Positions 37,080-51,593 of a DNA stretch of 64,000 nucleotides are shown here, in pieces. The position numbers and the translations under genes are program-made. This DNA is from Chiloscyllium plagiosum (Eukaryota). The stretch spans positions 49,875,308 through 49,939,307 of the forward strand of contig NC_057728.1 in the NCBI RefSeq assembly GCF_004010195.1, read 5' to 3'. The notes below the pieces were generated by a model. That model was given only the letters and a program-made list of their open reading frames with translations, was not told the DNA's origin and did no database searches. The stretch's first letter is position 1, and each line of letters opens with the position of its first letter.

Positions 37080-37510
37080 ATCAAGTCATTGAGTTATACA
37101 GCACGGAAACAGGCCCTTCAGCCCAACTCGTTCTGTCTGACCTGGTTTTCTAACTGAACTAGTCCTATTTGACTGCATTTGGACCATATTCCTCTAAACC
37201 TTTCCTATCCATGTACCCGTCCAAATGTCTTTTAAATGTTGCAATTGTACTTGCCTTTACCACTTCCTCTGGCAGCTCGTTACATATACTCACCCATCCT
37301 CTCTGTGAAAAAGTGGTCCCCCAGGTCCCAAATAAACCTTTCCCCTTTCACTTTAAACTTACGCCTTCAAGTTCTGGTCTCTCCTACCCTGGGGAAAAGA
37401 CCTTGGCTATTGACCTTATCTATGTCCCTCATGATTTTATAAACCTCTCTAAAGTCACCTCTTAGTCTCTTATGCTCCAGGGAAAATAGCCCAGCCTATC
37501 CAGCCGTTCC
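37080..37510 (-). mobile_element. CR1 LINE 3' fragment
   Basis: Homologous to 31637-32090. Confidence 0.75.
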
Positions 37511-39169
37511 TTGAATTGAATGTGGTCGCTGGCTCTTTCCCTAATCTCAGACTTGCCTTAGAGCTGTTTTAACAAGAAAACCACCCACATCCACTTCCAC
37601 AGTTCGAAGCTGTGTAGTGTTGATAAAATAAAGACGTAAAATCCTTGGTTAAACTTGAACATTGATTGAACCACACTTGTTCTACAGTCCTGCCCTCCAT
37701 GTAATTGAAAGAAAGAAACAGATTAAATGTTATTTGAAAAGGTATTGATCCCAGAACTAAGCAATTATTACCCTCGGTAATGATTAATCAGGCTGGGAAA
37801 TTTCTCTCCAGAAAACGGCAGACTGAGGGGTGACTTGTTTATGTTTTGAAAATAATGGAATTATTTGCTATTGAAGTGTTTAATAAGCTAGACTTGGCAA
37901 AGCTGTTCCTCTTGCGGAAGTGATCAGAACTAGGAGCTGTCGATATAAGATAAGGTAATCAATATAATATAAGATAATCAGAAATGGATTCATTTAGAAT
38001 TCAGGAGCAACCACTTTACCCAGAGCATCATGAGCTGAGTACCCAGGACCACAAAGAGGTGGATGGTGCAGCTGTAATTGAAGGGGAGCTGGAAGAATTC
38101 TTTGGGCAGAAAGGACAGTGACAGGGGAGATGAAGAAGAGTGGCAGGAGGTTTGTGTGGGGCATTACTCCATTGGGGATGAACGTCTTCTGCGTGCTTGG
38201 AACATTCTCTCCCCAATCCATGCAACAGCAATAACAACAACAACCTACATTTACAGTACCAATCACATGACCAAACATCCCAAAACCTGATCTTGCATCA
38301 GCCATGTCCGAAAATTCAATGATGGGGGAGGGGTGCGGTTAATTACATAAATGAAGTCTGAGGTTGTCCCCTCCTGAAGATCTTGGTAAGTCACTTGCCA
38401 TTAAACTGAATGTCAGTTGTGACTGTGTTCCATCCTGGTGACTGGTAGAGAGGACAGGAAGCAGGCTACTCAAAGCTGCCTCAGCAATAGGCTCGATTGA
38501 TCTGGCATCATCTGTGGAGAGAAAGCAGTGTTACTGTTTCAAGACCAGTGACCCTGTTTCAGGACAGCAGCAGAACTTTTATTGGTCATTTCCAGGATCT
38601 ACAGTTTGTGTTTTTTTTGTTTAATGGGCTTGTTTTGTTTGACTGAATACCAGAGAAGGCAGTTCCCTGTGAAGAAACCACAAGGAAGCAAACTCATCCG
38701 TTTTTCAGAGAAAGTACAAGGAGGGGTGTGGGCAGCAGGAATTAAGAAGCTTTCCTGTTGAGAGGACAGTCACCATTCTCAAACACCCAATGGCCAGCTG
38801 TGACTTAGTGGGAACAGCTCAGAGATGGCTAGCAAGAGGGGACATAGCTTTAAATGGATGGGTGACAGATATAGGACAGACGTCAGAGATAGTTTCTTTA
38901 CTCAGAGAGCACAAGGGGCATGAAACACATTACCTGCAACTGTAGTAGACTAGCCAACTTTAAGGGCATTTAAATAGTCCTTGGGTAAACATATGGATGA
39001 AAATGGAATAGTGTAGGATAGATAGGCTTCAGATTGGTTCCACAGGTTGGTGCAACATTGAGGGCCGAAGGGCCTGTACTATGCTGTAATGCTCTATGTT
39101 CTGAGTAATACTAACTGTGTTCCTTTGGAAATGATGAATATGAGAACTGTGTTCCTTTGGAGGTGATGA

Positions 39170-40230
39170 TTTGATTTGATTTGATTTATTGTTTTCTCAT
39201 GCTGTGATACAGCGAAAACTATTGTTTTGCGTGCTCTACAGTTAGATCATGCCATACAAAACACATCATGGTAGCAGGACAGAGTGCAGAATTCAGTGTT
39301 ACAGCTGCAGAGAAGGTGCACAGAGAGAGAGAGAGATATCAGAATCAATATTTGAGAGGTACATTCAAAAGTCTGATAATAGTGGGGAAGAAACTATTCT
39401 TGAATCTGTTCTTACTTGTACTCAAACTACTATATCTTCTGCCTGACAAACGAGGGTGGAAGAGAGTATAACTAGAGTTGGAGGGATCTTTGATTAGGTT
39501 GGTTGCTTTCCCAGTACAGCAGGAAGTATAGATGGAGTCAATGGATGGAAGGCTGATTTGCGTGATGGATTAGGCTGTGTTCACAACTCTCTGTAATTCC
39601 TTGTGGTCTCAGGGAGAACAGTTGCCCTACCATGCTGTGATGCATCCAGACTGGATGCTTTCTCTGGTAATTGGTAAGACTCTTTGTGGACACACTGATT
39701 TCCTTAACCTCCTGAGGAAGGAGAGGTGTTGTGCTTTCTTGACCATCGCATCGACATCGGTGGACCAGGACAGGTTGTTGGTGATCATCACTCCCAGGAA
39801 GTTGATGTTCTCACCCAGCTCCACTACAGCACCATTGATGCACACAGGAATGTCCCCATCACTCTACTTCCTGAAGTCAATGACCAGCTCCTTCTTTTTG
39901 CTGATGTTGATGGAGAGATTGTTGTCTTTACACCATGCTGCTGAGCACTCAGTCTCTTTCCTGTATTCTGTCTCATTGTTGTTTGAGATTTGACCTACTA
40001 TGGTGGTGTCATCAGTAAACAGGTTTGTGCAGATTTGGCCACACAGTCATGATTGTATAAGGAGTATAGTGGGAGGCTGACTTTTCTTTGACACTGGGAT
40101 GATGATGGTCTTCTTGAAGTAGGTGGGGACTTCAGACCAAAGTAAGGAGAAGTTAAGGATGCCACCAGCTGGTCTGCGTAGGATCTGAGTCTCCAGCCTG
40201 GGACTCCACCTGGGCCAGTTGCTTTTCATG
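39170..40230 (-). mobile_element. Rex1/Babar-like LINE RT fragment and 3' end
   Basis: Contains INFLGVMITNNLSWS..DAMVKKA.HLSFLRRLRK and ESIQSGCITAW, with an (atttg)n tail. Confidence 0.75.
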
Positions 40231-40410
40231 GGATGACGATGAGATGGGATGGGGTATTGAGGGAGGGTGAACAATTAGACCCAGAGACCTTCCTGCTACT
40301 CCATTGGTTTTGTATCTCAACTCCATTTACCCCACTTTGCCCCATATGTCTTGATACTTACTCAACAAAAGCCTGGTCTTGAACTTTATAGTTGACACCT
40401 CCCCACCTCC

Positions 40411-40623
40411 GAGAGAAAGTGAGGACTGCAGATGCTGGAGATCAGAGCTGAAAATGTGTTGCTGGAAAAGCGCAGCAGGTCAGGCAGCATCCAAGGAACA
40501 GGAGAATCGACGTTTCAGGCATAAGCCCTTCTTCAGGAAGGGCTTATGCCCGAAACGTCGATTCTCCTGTTCCTTGGATGCTGCCTGACCTGCTGCGCTT
40601 TTCCAGCAACACATTTTCAGCTC
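40411..40623. mobile_element. Palindromic Penelope-derived mini-element, family A (young subfamily, like the copy at 1070)
   Basis: Near-perfect inverted arms. TSD cacctccccacctcc at 40396-40410 and 40624-40638. Confidence 0.85.
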
Positions 40624-40934
40624 CACCTCCCCACCTCCCCCAACATTGAAGTCTTTTGGTGGAGGGAATTTCTGATTTCCATTCCCCTTTGTGTGAAGAA
40701 GTGAGCCTGAATGACCAGGGTGCCATTCCCTTTCCATCTTCTGGAGACGTCCCAACACAGGAAGTGGCTTCTCTCGCTAGTCACCCTAGCAAATCCCTTT
40801 TCATGTCAAAAACATTGATCAGACCATCCTTTCAATCTTCTCAATTCAAACACAGCCACAGAATGTTCACATGGCAAAAAGAGCCCATTCATTCCCATCA
40901 TGGCTGTATCACCTCTCCGAATGAACCTGTACTT

Positions 40935-41605
40935 CACACAATCTAGTCTCCTATATATCTACTGCTCACAATGTGGTCTCCTCTACAGCGGGGAGACACA
41001 CCGCAGACTGGGTGACCGCTTTGTAGAACACTGACGTTCTGTCTGCAGACATGTCTCTGGGCTTCCTGCCACCCGCCACTTCAACACACCACCGTGTTCC
41101 CCAGCTGACATCTCTCCTTCTGGCTTGCTGCAGTGTTTCATGGAAGCTCAGCACAATTTGGAAGATCCACATTTCATTTTCCACTTGGGAACCCTTCAGC
41201 CTTTGGGCTCAATATGGAGTTTAACAATTTTAGGGCCTGAGCATATTCTCCCATAATCTTTACTTCAACCCACACACACATGCCAGATCCTGTCATCCCC
41301 TGGGATGCAACCATAAAAAATCTATTATCAGTCCCCATTAGCAGCTATTGAATCCCTTGGCTGATGTTTACTCATTCCTTTATCTGTCCAAAAGTTGTTC
41401 ACTTTCTCTGGGCTCCACCTCCATCTATTGTTTACTCCTCTCCCCTTCCCCTCCACCCTATCTTCAGCATAGATGTCAACCTTTTCCTAGCCACAATCAA
41501 TTCTGAAGAAGGGTCACTGGACCCGAAATGTTAACTCTGCATTCTGTCCACAGGTGCTACCAGACCTACTGAGTTTACCCAGCAACTTCTAATTTTGTTT
41601 CTGAT
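40935..41605 (+). mobile_element. Diverged Penelope-like element 3' fragment (source family of the D palindromes)
   Basis: Reads YIYCSQCGLLYSGET.RRLGDRF.EH. The 3' end has CTGAAGA A GGGTC-actg-GACCC GAAA TGTT at about 41503-41532. Confidence 0.75.
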
Positions 41606-41687
41606 TATTCCACATTCCCATCTACCCCGGTAAGCTTGCACCTCTCTTGCTCATCAAGAAGCCAGCAATCGCTGTCTTAAAAAATTC

Positions 41688-41862
41688 CACAACACCAGGT
41701 TATAGTCCAACAGGTTTATTTGGAAGGACTAGCATCAGGTGGTTATTGAAGAAGCAGCACTCCAAAAGCTAGTGCTTCTAAATAAACCTGTTGGACTATA
41801 ACCTGGGGTTGTGTGATTTTTAACTTTGTCCTCCCCAGTCCAACACTGGCTCCTCCAAATTG
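41688..41862. mobile_element. Palindromic mini-element, family B (decayed centre)
   Basis: Same arms and tail as 32740-32957. Confidence 0.75.
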
Positions 41863-42894
41863 TAAAAGTATTCAGTTTCCATTGCCTTTAGGGAGAGTTC
41901 CAAAGACTTACAACACTCATTGAGAAAATAATCCCTCTTTCCCTTTGTCCTCAATGATTGATGTCTTATTTTCCATCAGTGATGCCTCGTTCTCAGCTCT
42001 CCCATGAGAGGAAACATCCTCACCAGATGAAGACATTCAAGATCCAACAGGACTTTACCATTTTTCTGCCTTCTCCCCATAGCAGACATATGGTTCCTCT
42101 TCAACTAACAGTCTAACTCCCTCTTAAATGCATTGACTGAATCTGCCTCCATCGTACCATCAGGCAGTACTTTCCAGACCTTAACCACTTGCCATGAAGA
42201 GTTATTAATTCACTGCATTTAAATTCCAGCAGCTGCAATGGTCAGATTTTAATGCATTTTTCCTAGATAATTAGTCAAGGGCTCTGAACATTAGTCTAAT
42301 CACATTCTACTACATCAGCATCTCCCACTTTGATTTAACCTGTCCATGAAACATCCTCATAATGCAACCTTTTAATGTTCGTTCTCATTTGACTGACTCC
42401 AGCCGTTAATTGCCAATGCCGGATTAATGAATTTATATCAGTGACCAAATCATGGTGGTTAAGAATTTCTCAGAATTCCAAGTACATTCTTGTACAAAGT
42501 GCGGGATAAGGAGCTATTGCCCCTTATTCTGATCCAGCTGATGTTATCACTGGACAAGTCAGATCCAGTTATCTGGTTTGATAGATCAGAGTTTGCTTTG
42601 TTCCTTCACTGAAACATAAGCACACAATGCTGCAGATGTTCTTTTAATAGCAAAACAAAAGTTTGTTACGCCACATAAATGAAGATAAAATAAAATAAGC
42701 AAAGCTATTCACAGGTGACACAATTTTTTGTGTGTGTTTGTGTCTATCCCTCTCTGTCTTTGTCTGTTTTTGTGTGTGTTTGTGTCCATGTACATCTCTG
42801 TGTTGATGGCTGTGGAAATGTACGTGTTGATTTAACTGAACACAAATTCTCAAAACTCACACAGTATTTATGATGTTGACATGAAATCCAGATA

Positions 42895-43220
42895 AAGATT
42901 AGTTCAGATTACTTACAGTGTGGAAACAGGCCCTTCGGCCCAACAAGTCCGCACCGACCCTCCGAAGAGCAACCCACCCAGACCCATTCCCCTACATTTA
43001 CCCCTTCACCTAAAACTACGGGCAATTTAGCATGGCCAATTCACCTGATCTGCACATTTTTGGACAGTGGGAGGAAACCAGAGGAAACCCACGCAGACAC
43101 AGGGAGAATGTGCAAACTTCACACAGACAGTTGCCTGAGGCGGGAATTGAACCCAGGTCTCCGGTGCTGTGATGCAGCAGTGCTAACCACTGTGCCACCC
43201 ATTGTGCCACTGTGCCACCC
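42895..43220 (-). mobile_element. HE1/V-SINE-like SINE
   Basis: Full-length reverse copy with a small tandem duplication at its head. Confidence 0.85.
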
Positions 43221-44344
43221 ATAAAGTTTCAGGTTTCTGGCTAAAACAGAATAAATTGGAAAGGAGTGTTATAACACTTCTGTCTGCTCCACTGGAGGGC
43301 TCTCTTGGTCTGGAGAAATGCTTATTCACTCGATGTCAATGTGACATCAGTGTGCAGGGATGGTCTGATATGCAGCCCAATTCACAACAGATCCCATTCG
43401 CTGCAAGTGGTGCTGCTCAGAACCCACTCAAGTTCTAACTATCTCTTAACAGACATTGTTAGACAAAAAATGATGATCTGTTCATTAAAATGATGATCTG
43501 GTCATTAAAATGATGATCTGGTCATTGCTTGTGGGAGGTTGCTGTCCACTGATTGACTCCTGAGTTTCGGACATTATACCAATCACCACACTGTAGTTGG
43601 CTGTGGAAGACTTTGGGATGTCCTAAGAAATACATATTAGTCACATGTTCTACTTAGGCACTTTATAGCCTTCAGAATTCAATATTTCCATGCATGAACT
43701 CTGCCCTTCATTTCCTTGTGCCTTGTTTGTCTGGGTTTGCTTTTGCCAGACCTGATATCTTTTCTACAATTCACACCTATTATTAACACTTATTTTGCAT
43801 CTCAAACTCTTTTTTACCACCAGGAGCACTCACTTTGGCTTTGCCCCGGACACCATTTGCTCCTTCGTCCTGATTGGGGCAGCATCAACACAATAATTTT
43901 CCAGACCTCCTCAGTCATGAAGAAGACATGGTGGACTCAAAATGCTAAAATCACACAAAGAACTGTGGATGCTGGAGATCTGAAATGAAAAAGAAGTTGG
44001 TGGCGAAGCTCAGCAAGCCTAGAAGCACCTGTGAAAAGAAAGCAGAGTTAATATTTACAGTCCAGTTACTCTCATCATAAATAAAACGCTAACCCTGTTT
44101 CTCTCTCCACAGATGCCCCCGGACGTGTTGAATTTCTTCTATTCCTTTGTTTTTATTGCACGTTCCTCTGCATTCCCTTTCCTTTTTCTCCAATGTAGCA
44201 ATATACCTTCAAAACTCAGAAATTTATGCTTTTTTAAAGTTCACTCATGATACTTGGGCATATCTGGCTGGTCAGCATTTACTGACCATCCCTAGTTGTC
44301 TTTGAGAAGGTGATGGCGAGCTGCTGTCTTGAATCACTGCAGAC

Positions 44345-45675
44345 CATGAGCCTTACTTTGGTTGTGGGTAAAGTGTTGGAAAGGATTATAAGAGATAGGA
44401 TTTATAAGCATTTGGAAAGGAATAATTTGATGAGGGGTCGTCAACACGGTTTTGTGAAGGGTAGGTTGTGCCTCACAAACCTTATTGAATTCTTTGAGAA
44501 GGTGACCAAACAGGTGGATGAGGGTAAAGCAGTTGATGTGCTGTATATGGGTTTCAGTAAAGCGTTTGATTAGGTTCCCCACAATAGGCTATTGCGTAAA
44601 ATATGGAGGTATGGGATTGAGGGTGATTTAGTGAGTTGGATCAGTGGTCGTTGATGGGAAATGCTTATCCTGGAGTTTAGTTACTGGGGGGGCTACCACA
44701 AGGATTTGATTTGAGGCCACTGCTGTTTGTCATTTTTATAAATGACCTGGATGAGGGCGTAGAAGGATGGGTTAGTAAATTTGTAAATGACACTAAGGTC
44801 AGTGGAGTTGTGGACAGTGCTGAAGGATGTTGTAGATTACAGAGGGACATAGATAAGCTGCAGAACTGGGCCAAAAGGTGGCAAATGGAGTTTAATGCAG
44901 AAAAGTGTGAGGTGATTCACTTTTGAAGGAGTAACAGGAATACAGAGTACTGGCTAATGGTAAGATTCTTGCCAGTGTGGATGATCAGAGAGAGATCTCA
45001 GTGTCCATGTACATAGATTCCTGAATGTTGGCACCCAGGTTAATAGGGTTGTTAAGAAGGCATACAGTCTGTTAGCTTTTATTGATAGAGGGATTGAGTT
45101 TTGGAGCCATGAGGTCATGTTACAGCTGTACAAAACTCTGGTGTAGCCGCACTTAGAGTTGCATACTGTTCTGGTCTCCGCATAATACAAAGGATGTGGA
45201 AACATTGAAAAGGGTTCAGAGGAGATTTACCAGGATGTTGCCTGGTATGGAGAGAAAATCTTATGAGGAAAGACTGAGGGGTCTGAGGCTGTTTTCAGTA
45301 GAAAAAAGAAGGTTGAGAGGTGACTTAATGTAGACATACAAGATAATCAGAGGATTAGATAGGGTGGACAGTGAGAGCCTTTATCCTCAGATGATGATGG
45401 CTAGCACAAGGGGACGTAGCTTTAAATTGAGGGGTGATAGATATAGGACAGGTGTCAGAGGTAGTTTCTTTACTTAGAGAGTAGTAAGGGTACGGAGTGC
45501 ATTGCCTGCAACAGTAGTAGACTCTCCAACTTTAAGGGCTTTAAATGGTCATTGGATAAACATATGGGTGATAATGAAATAGTGTAGTGAAATAGTGATG
45601 GGCTTCAGATTGGTTTCACAGGGCAGCATCGAGGGCCGAAGGGTCTGTACTGTGCTGTAATGTTCTATGTTCTAT
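44345..45675 (+). mobile_element. CR1 LINE RT fragment and 3' end, nested in an older L2-like element
   Basis: Contains QHGFVKGRLCLTNLIEFF, FSKAFD, FINDLDEG and SKFVNDTK. The flanks at 44240-44345 and from 45676 belong to one minus-strand element. Confidence 0.9.
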
Positions 45676-46420
45676 AATGCCCTTAGGGAGGGAATTCCAG
45701 GATTTTGACCTAGTGACAGTAAAGGACCCGCAATATATTTTCAAGTCAGGATGGTGAATGGCTTGGAGGGGAACTTGCAGGTGGTGGTGTTCCCATGTAT
45801 CTGCTGCCCTTGTCCTTCTAGATGGACGCGATTAGATTTCTGCAGTGCATCTTGTAGATAATACACACTGCTGCTACTGAGTATCAGTGGAAGGAGTGGA
45901 TGCCTGCGGATGTGGTGCCAATCAAGCGGGCTGCTCTGTCCTGGATGGTATCAAGCTTCTTGACTGTTGTTGGTGCTGCACCCATCCAGGAAAGAGAAGA
46001 GTATTCCATCACACTTCTGACTTGTGCCTTGTAGATAGTGGATAGATGTTGGAGAGTCAAGAGGTGGGTTACTTTCTGCAGTCTCCCTAGTTTCTGACCT
46101 GATTTTGTAGCTATTGTGTTTATGTAGTGAGTTCCGTTGAGTTTCTGATCAATGGTAACTCCCAGGATGTTGAGGGTAACACCATTGAATGTCAAGGGGT
46201 GATGATTAGATTGTCTTCTATTGGAAATGGTCATTGCATGGCAGTTGTGTGACACCAATGTTATTTACCACTTGTCAGCCCTACTCTGGATATTGTTTAG
46301 ATCTTGCTGCATTTGAACATGAACTATTTCAGTATCTGGGGAGCTATGAATGGTGCTGATCATTGTGCAATCATTGGCAAACATTCCCACTTCAGACATT
46401 GTGATGGAGGAAGGGTCATG
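45676..46420 (-). mobile_element. L2/CR1-clade LINE RT C-terminal fragment
   Basis: Reads ILGVTIDQKL...TIYKAQVRSVMEYS...KLDTIQDRAARLIG. Confidence 0.8.
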
Positions 46421-46667
46421 TGTAATAGAACAATTCAGTCTTCCCTGCTAAGGAAAAATGTACATTCCAGGGCAATTCCAGAGCAATCCCAGAGTTCAAG
46501 ATTCAGGGATTTGTGCAGAATCTGGACTAGCCAAATCTTTGCTCTATTCACACATCTCCCAGAAATGGGAAAGCTCAAATGCAGGATGAACGCTCCCATC
46601 CTGTACCTCCCAACACTGACCCTGTCACATCCAGGAGATGTGAGAGATTGTTATAAATACAACACAA

Positions 46668-47990
46668 CATAGCACAGGAACAGGCTTTTCAGAACACCAA
46701 ATCCACACCCGATTCCTAGTCCTTAATTGGATCCGCTACTTATGGCCCATGCTCAGTATCTATCCCTTTGTTTGTGTATTTATCAAAATACACCTTAAAT
46801 ATTGCTAACATGCCTGCATCATTGACAGTGCATTCTGGGCACCCACAACCCTCTTTGTGAAATGTTTTGCCTGCACTTCTCCTCTAAATGTTCATCCTCT
46901 CACCTTGAACCTGTGCTCTCTTGAAGATGACCTTTACACCCTGCGAAAAAGCCTTTGACTCTTCATCCTTTCTCTGCCTGTCAAAATTGTGTAGACTTCT
47001 GTCAGGTCACCCCTCAGCCTTCAAGTTTATCCAACCGAGTTTATCCAACCTCTTCTCATGACTAAAACCCTCCAGACCAGGCCATATCCTGGTAAACCTT
47101 CTCTGCACCCTCTCTAAAGCATCCATGTACATTTGGTATTGTGACAAACAGAATTGCATGTAATATTCCAAATGTGATCTAACTGAAGTGTTGTACAGGT
47201 GTAACAGAACTTGCCAACTTTAATATTTGATGCCCCAGCCGATGAAGGCAAACGTGCTGTATGCCTTCTGGACCACCTTACCCACCTTACTCACCTGCGT
47301 TGCCACATTCAGGGATCTGTGGACTTGTAAATCCAGAACTCTCTGTATGTCAATGGTCCTAAGCTTTCTGCCATTTACTGTATAATTCGCACCTTAATTT
47401 GACCTTCCAAAATGCATCACCTCCCATGTGGCTGGAGTAAACTCCATCTGCCATTTCTCTGCCTAAGTCTGAAATCTATCTGTATCCAGCTGTATCTTTT
47501 GACAGTCCTCCTCATTATCTGCAACTCCACCAACTTTGGTGTCATCTGCAAATTTTCTAATCAGACCGCTTATATTTTCCTCTAGATCATTTAGAAATAT
47601 TGCAAACAATGTGGAACTGATCCGATGGTCCCAACACTCAACCCTGCGGAACACCACTAGTTACTGATCTCCATTCTGAAAAGCACCCTTGCATTGTCAC
47701 TCTCTGCCTTTTATAACCAAGCCAGTTTTGTATCCATCTGGCCAGCTCATCCTGGATCCCATGAGACTCTAACTTCTATACCTTCTGTATCTCTGTTTCC
47801 CTTCTTAAACATTGGCCATTTTCCAGTCCTCTGGAACTTTGCCTGAGGTCAAAGAGGATGCAAAGATATCTGTTAATGCCACCAGCTATTTCCTCCCTTG
47901 CTTTCCACAGTATTCTGGGATAGATCCTGTCTGGCCCTGGGGACTTGTCTATCTTAATATTTCAAGACACTTAACACTCTGTCCTTCATT
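46668..47990 (-). mobile_element. Diverged CR1 LINE RT fragment
   Basis: Reads FLNDLEENISGLIRKFADDTKVGG. Confidence 0.8.
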
Positions 47991-50789
47991 ATTCTGACCT
48001 GTCGGAGGTTGTTCCTGTATCATATTTTACAGCAGTGCTATGGCACTTCAAATGAACAGATTAGCACTTGCCTCAAAGTAGCAGGCAAAGGAGCAATACA
48101 TGTAGCTTTCATTCAGCAATATTGGGCTCCTGCATTCCTAGAGGGTACAGGGAAGTCTGTAAATGGAAAGCAAATGATGAGTGATGTAAAGATTAGTGGA
48201 TTCTGCTGTTGAAATAGACTATCAGCTTTCACTGTGATTAAGGAGTAAATTGGACAGTGACAACTAGAGACTGCACATGTACGGAGATGAGGAAGTTCCT
48301 GACAGAGATGATCTGCTTGTCTGTCGGCTCTTCCCCACTGGTATCATACTGACAGGCTTGGCATCAAGGGTATGAAATTGTAGCACTTATCAGTGTGGTG
48401 CCAGCAGAAAGACACCATTCAGCATGTCATAGTTGTGTGAAGGAGCAACTTATCGAGTGCCATTACCCCACCTTCACCCTGTAGCCCTGCGCCTTCTTCC
48501 CAATACAGGTAATCCAATTCCCTCTTGAGCACTTCAATTGAACATTCCTCCACAGTATTCACAAGTGGCAGATTCCAGATCTTAACTGCATTAAAAGACA
48601 TTTATAATTTTAATGGATCTGCTCAAGTATATTGTGATACAACTCTAGGAACAGGTGGGATTTGAACCCAGACCTCCTGGCCCAGAGGGAGGGACACTAC
48701 CACATTACCACTAGATCACCCATGACAGGGTTGACTCACATGTGTCTTTTGCTTCCTTCATCCATGACTTAAAACCTATGCTTCTTATTCTCAACTCTTC
48801 ACGATCACAGTTTCGCTTTATCTACTCTGTTAAGATTCTTCATGATTTAGAAGACTTACATCAAATCCCCTCACAGCCTTCACATCTCCCAGATATACAG
48901 TTGCCAACATTTTCAATCTATCTTCAGGACTGAAGTTCCTCATCTGTGGAACTGATCCGATGGATCTTTTTTCTACTCCCTGTACTGGCCCATGCAACAC
49001 AACAGGAAAGTGCAAGTCATTTTTAAATCAGCCAGTTCAGTGATATTATTGCACACCTCTGGAGCAGGTCTCCTGGCTCAGAGATAGGGACATTACCATT
49101 ACACCTCAAAAGGCCCCTACCCAGGAAAGTGCAATCAAGTAACTTTTTTTTAACACTTGGTGGTATCGCGATGAGTGCCAGAAAGTCTCTCTGACCCTGG
49201 AAATTTATTTTAGGATATGAAATCTCATTCTTTAGATTTAATTCATTGTTGGAAGCTTAAAAACAAAATTGTTTATAGCTTTTCTTTCTATCCATTTTAT
49301 CTCTCTCTTTACCTATTTTTCTTTCCCTCTCTTTATTTCCCTTTCTGTAATCAACTTGACATTGAATTCAATATTCGGACAGAAACTTCCCAGTTCAGAC
49401 GCTATGGACTGGACTTACGGTTTTGAACTGGCTGTGAGTCAGAAGTTGGACAGCGTGTGAAAATAGTGTTGCAGAGTGCGCTGGTCTATTGCTACTGTTC
49501 CACTCCAGTCAAGGTGGGATTGATACTGACAGGGCTCTCCTCATCCACACAGCAGGCAGCTGATACAGCTCACTAAGAGCTCTGTTAAGTTGAATTAATG
49601 GAAGCCGGCAGGAATTTTCCAATTGGAATCCAGTTTTCCATGGATGGTAGGGCACATTTAACTGTCTAGCACCCAGCAGTGGGCACATTGTAACCACCAT
49701 ACCCTACAGTGTTAAAGGGATCTCCCTGTGTGAGCTTTGGCTCCAAAAGCGTACCTGTTTTAGCGATGCTCCTGTTATTTCCCATAATATGAGAACAAGG
49801 TGTGGGTAATATGATATTGAAAGATCCAACAGATGTTAATTACAGCTCAATGATGTGTATAAACATTGCATTCACAGCCACTTTAGTGCTTATCATATGT
49901 ACCATGATTCAAGTGATCCCAGTTAGAATGGGATTCAAGACCTTTGCAATGTCCAGTCACATGCTATGATATATTGATAATATCACTCATATGACTCTTC
50001 AAGGTAGATATACTAACTGTGAGACATACAAAATTTCTCTGTGCTATTTTTTGGATGTAGGAACAACCACATACCACCTTCTACAGTGGTGCAAGGACCA
50101 AATGAGTGTTTTAAAGATGCTAATCACAAGCCACCTCCATGCTGAAGCTCCCTCTCTCTTACTTCCCTTCATTACAGTCTGCTGCTTCCCTCAAACTGGA
50201 AGGACTCTGAATGGCATCCATCTTCAAAAGTGGACAAGTGCAGATCCCAATGTGTGACAGATAGCCCCCATGGGAATGACTCTGTTTCTCACCACTAACA
50301 GGAAGACAGCCAGCCTTCTGTGTCTCAGGAAGGTTTCTGAAAGAATAAGGAGACTTCATTTCTCAGTCCATACAGATCCTGGACATCCTTATTGAACTAG
50401 AATAAGAAATGGAACTAGAATTAGAATTAGTTTTATTGCCACATGTACTCAAGTGCAGAGATACAAGAGAACAGTGAAAAGTGTACTAAATCAGCATTTC
50501 CAGTACCATCTTAGGTTCAAAGACACAAAAATAGGAGTTGCTGAAAAAGCTCAGCAGGCCTAACAGCATCTTTGCAGAGAAATCAAAGTTAACATTTCTG
50601 GTCCGGTGACCCTTCCTCAGAATGTTTACAGCATCTGCAGTTCTTCTGGTTTCCATTAGGTACAAAAACACCTGGGTACGAAAATCTTCCGTACAAATTA
50701 GAAAAATAAAGAAATAAAGTTAAAAGATCAGCATTACAGTCCTTATAAAGCTAGGTACAAAGATATGCATATTCAAAACAAAGATCAAT

Positions 50790-51280
50790 ATATTTCTAGA
50801 GGTATGGTGGATGGCAATTGCTCTGCCTAGGATGATAAGAAACTCTCGGAAGTTGTGTGCACAGCTCAGACCATCATGGAAGCCAACCTCCATCTATGGA
50901 TTTCATTTATACTTCTTACTGCCGCAGAACAGCTACTAACATCATCAAAGACTCCTCCCATCCCCGTAAGGCTCTTTTCCAACCTCTTCCATCAGGCAGT
51001 AGGTACAGAAGCTTGAACACATGCACCAACAGGTTCATGAACAGCCTCTTCCCTGCTGTTATTAGATTGCTGAACGGACCTCTCTAACTTCAAATAATGT
51101 TAATCTTGCTTTGTTCACCTCCTAAACAGCCGTAACCTTGTATGTCTTGCCCTGTCTAAGTATTCCATGATCTGTATGTCCATCTATGCTATGATGTGCC
51201 TGTATACTCACAAAACAAATACTATCATCCTGCTTAGGTACATGTGACCACAATAAATCAAATCAAGTCAAATCAAATTA
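50790..51280 (+). mobile_element. Rex1/Babar-like LINE 3' fragment
   Basis: Reads IIKDSSHP..ALFQPLPSGSRYRSL...NSLFPAVIRLLN, with a (caaat)n tail. Confidence 0.75.
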
Positions 51281-51369
51281 TGATGGTCTGAATTATATTC
51301 TATACTGTAGCCATTAAATAAACCTATTAGCAGTTAAAAAAAAAAGGACTTGCCTTTTGTGACATTAGA

Positions 51370-51593
51370 GCCAAGGGTGTGTTGCTGGAAAAGCACAACA
51401 GGTCAGGCAGCATCCGTGGAACAGGAAAATCGACATTTCGGTCAGAAGCCCTTCATCAGGGATGAGGCTAGGAGCCTCAAGGGTGGAGAGATAAAATGGG
51501 TCATGAGGACAGTGCTGAGCTGGAAGGTTGGAACTGGGGTAAGGTGGGGTGGGTGGAGAAATGAAGAAACTGGTGAAATCCACATTGATGCCA
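51370..51593 (-). mobile_element. 5'-truncated Penelope-like 3' end (non-palindromic)
   Basis: A family A arm plus upstream pLTR sequence. 12-bp TSD tgtgacattaga at 51358-51369 and 51594-51605. Confidence 0.8.
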
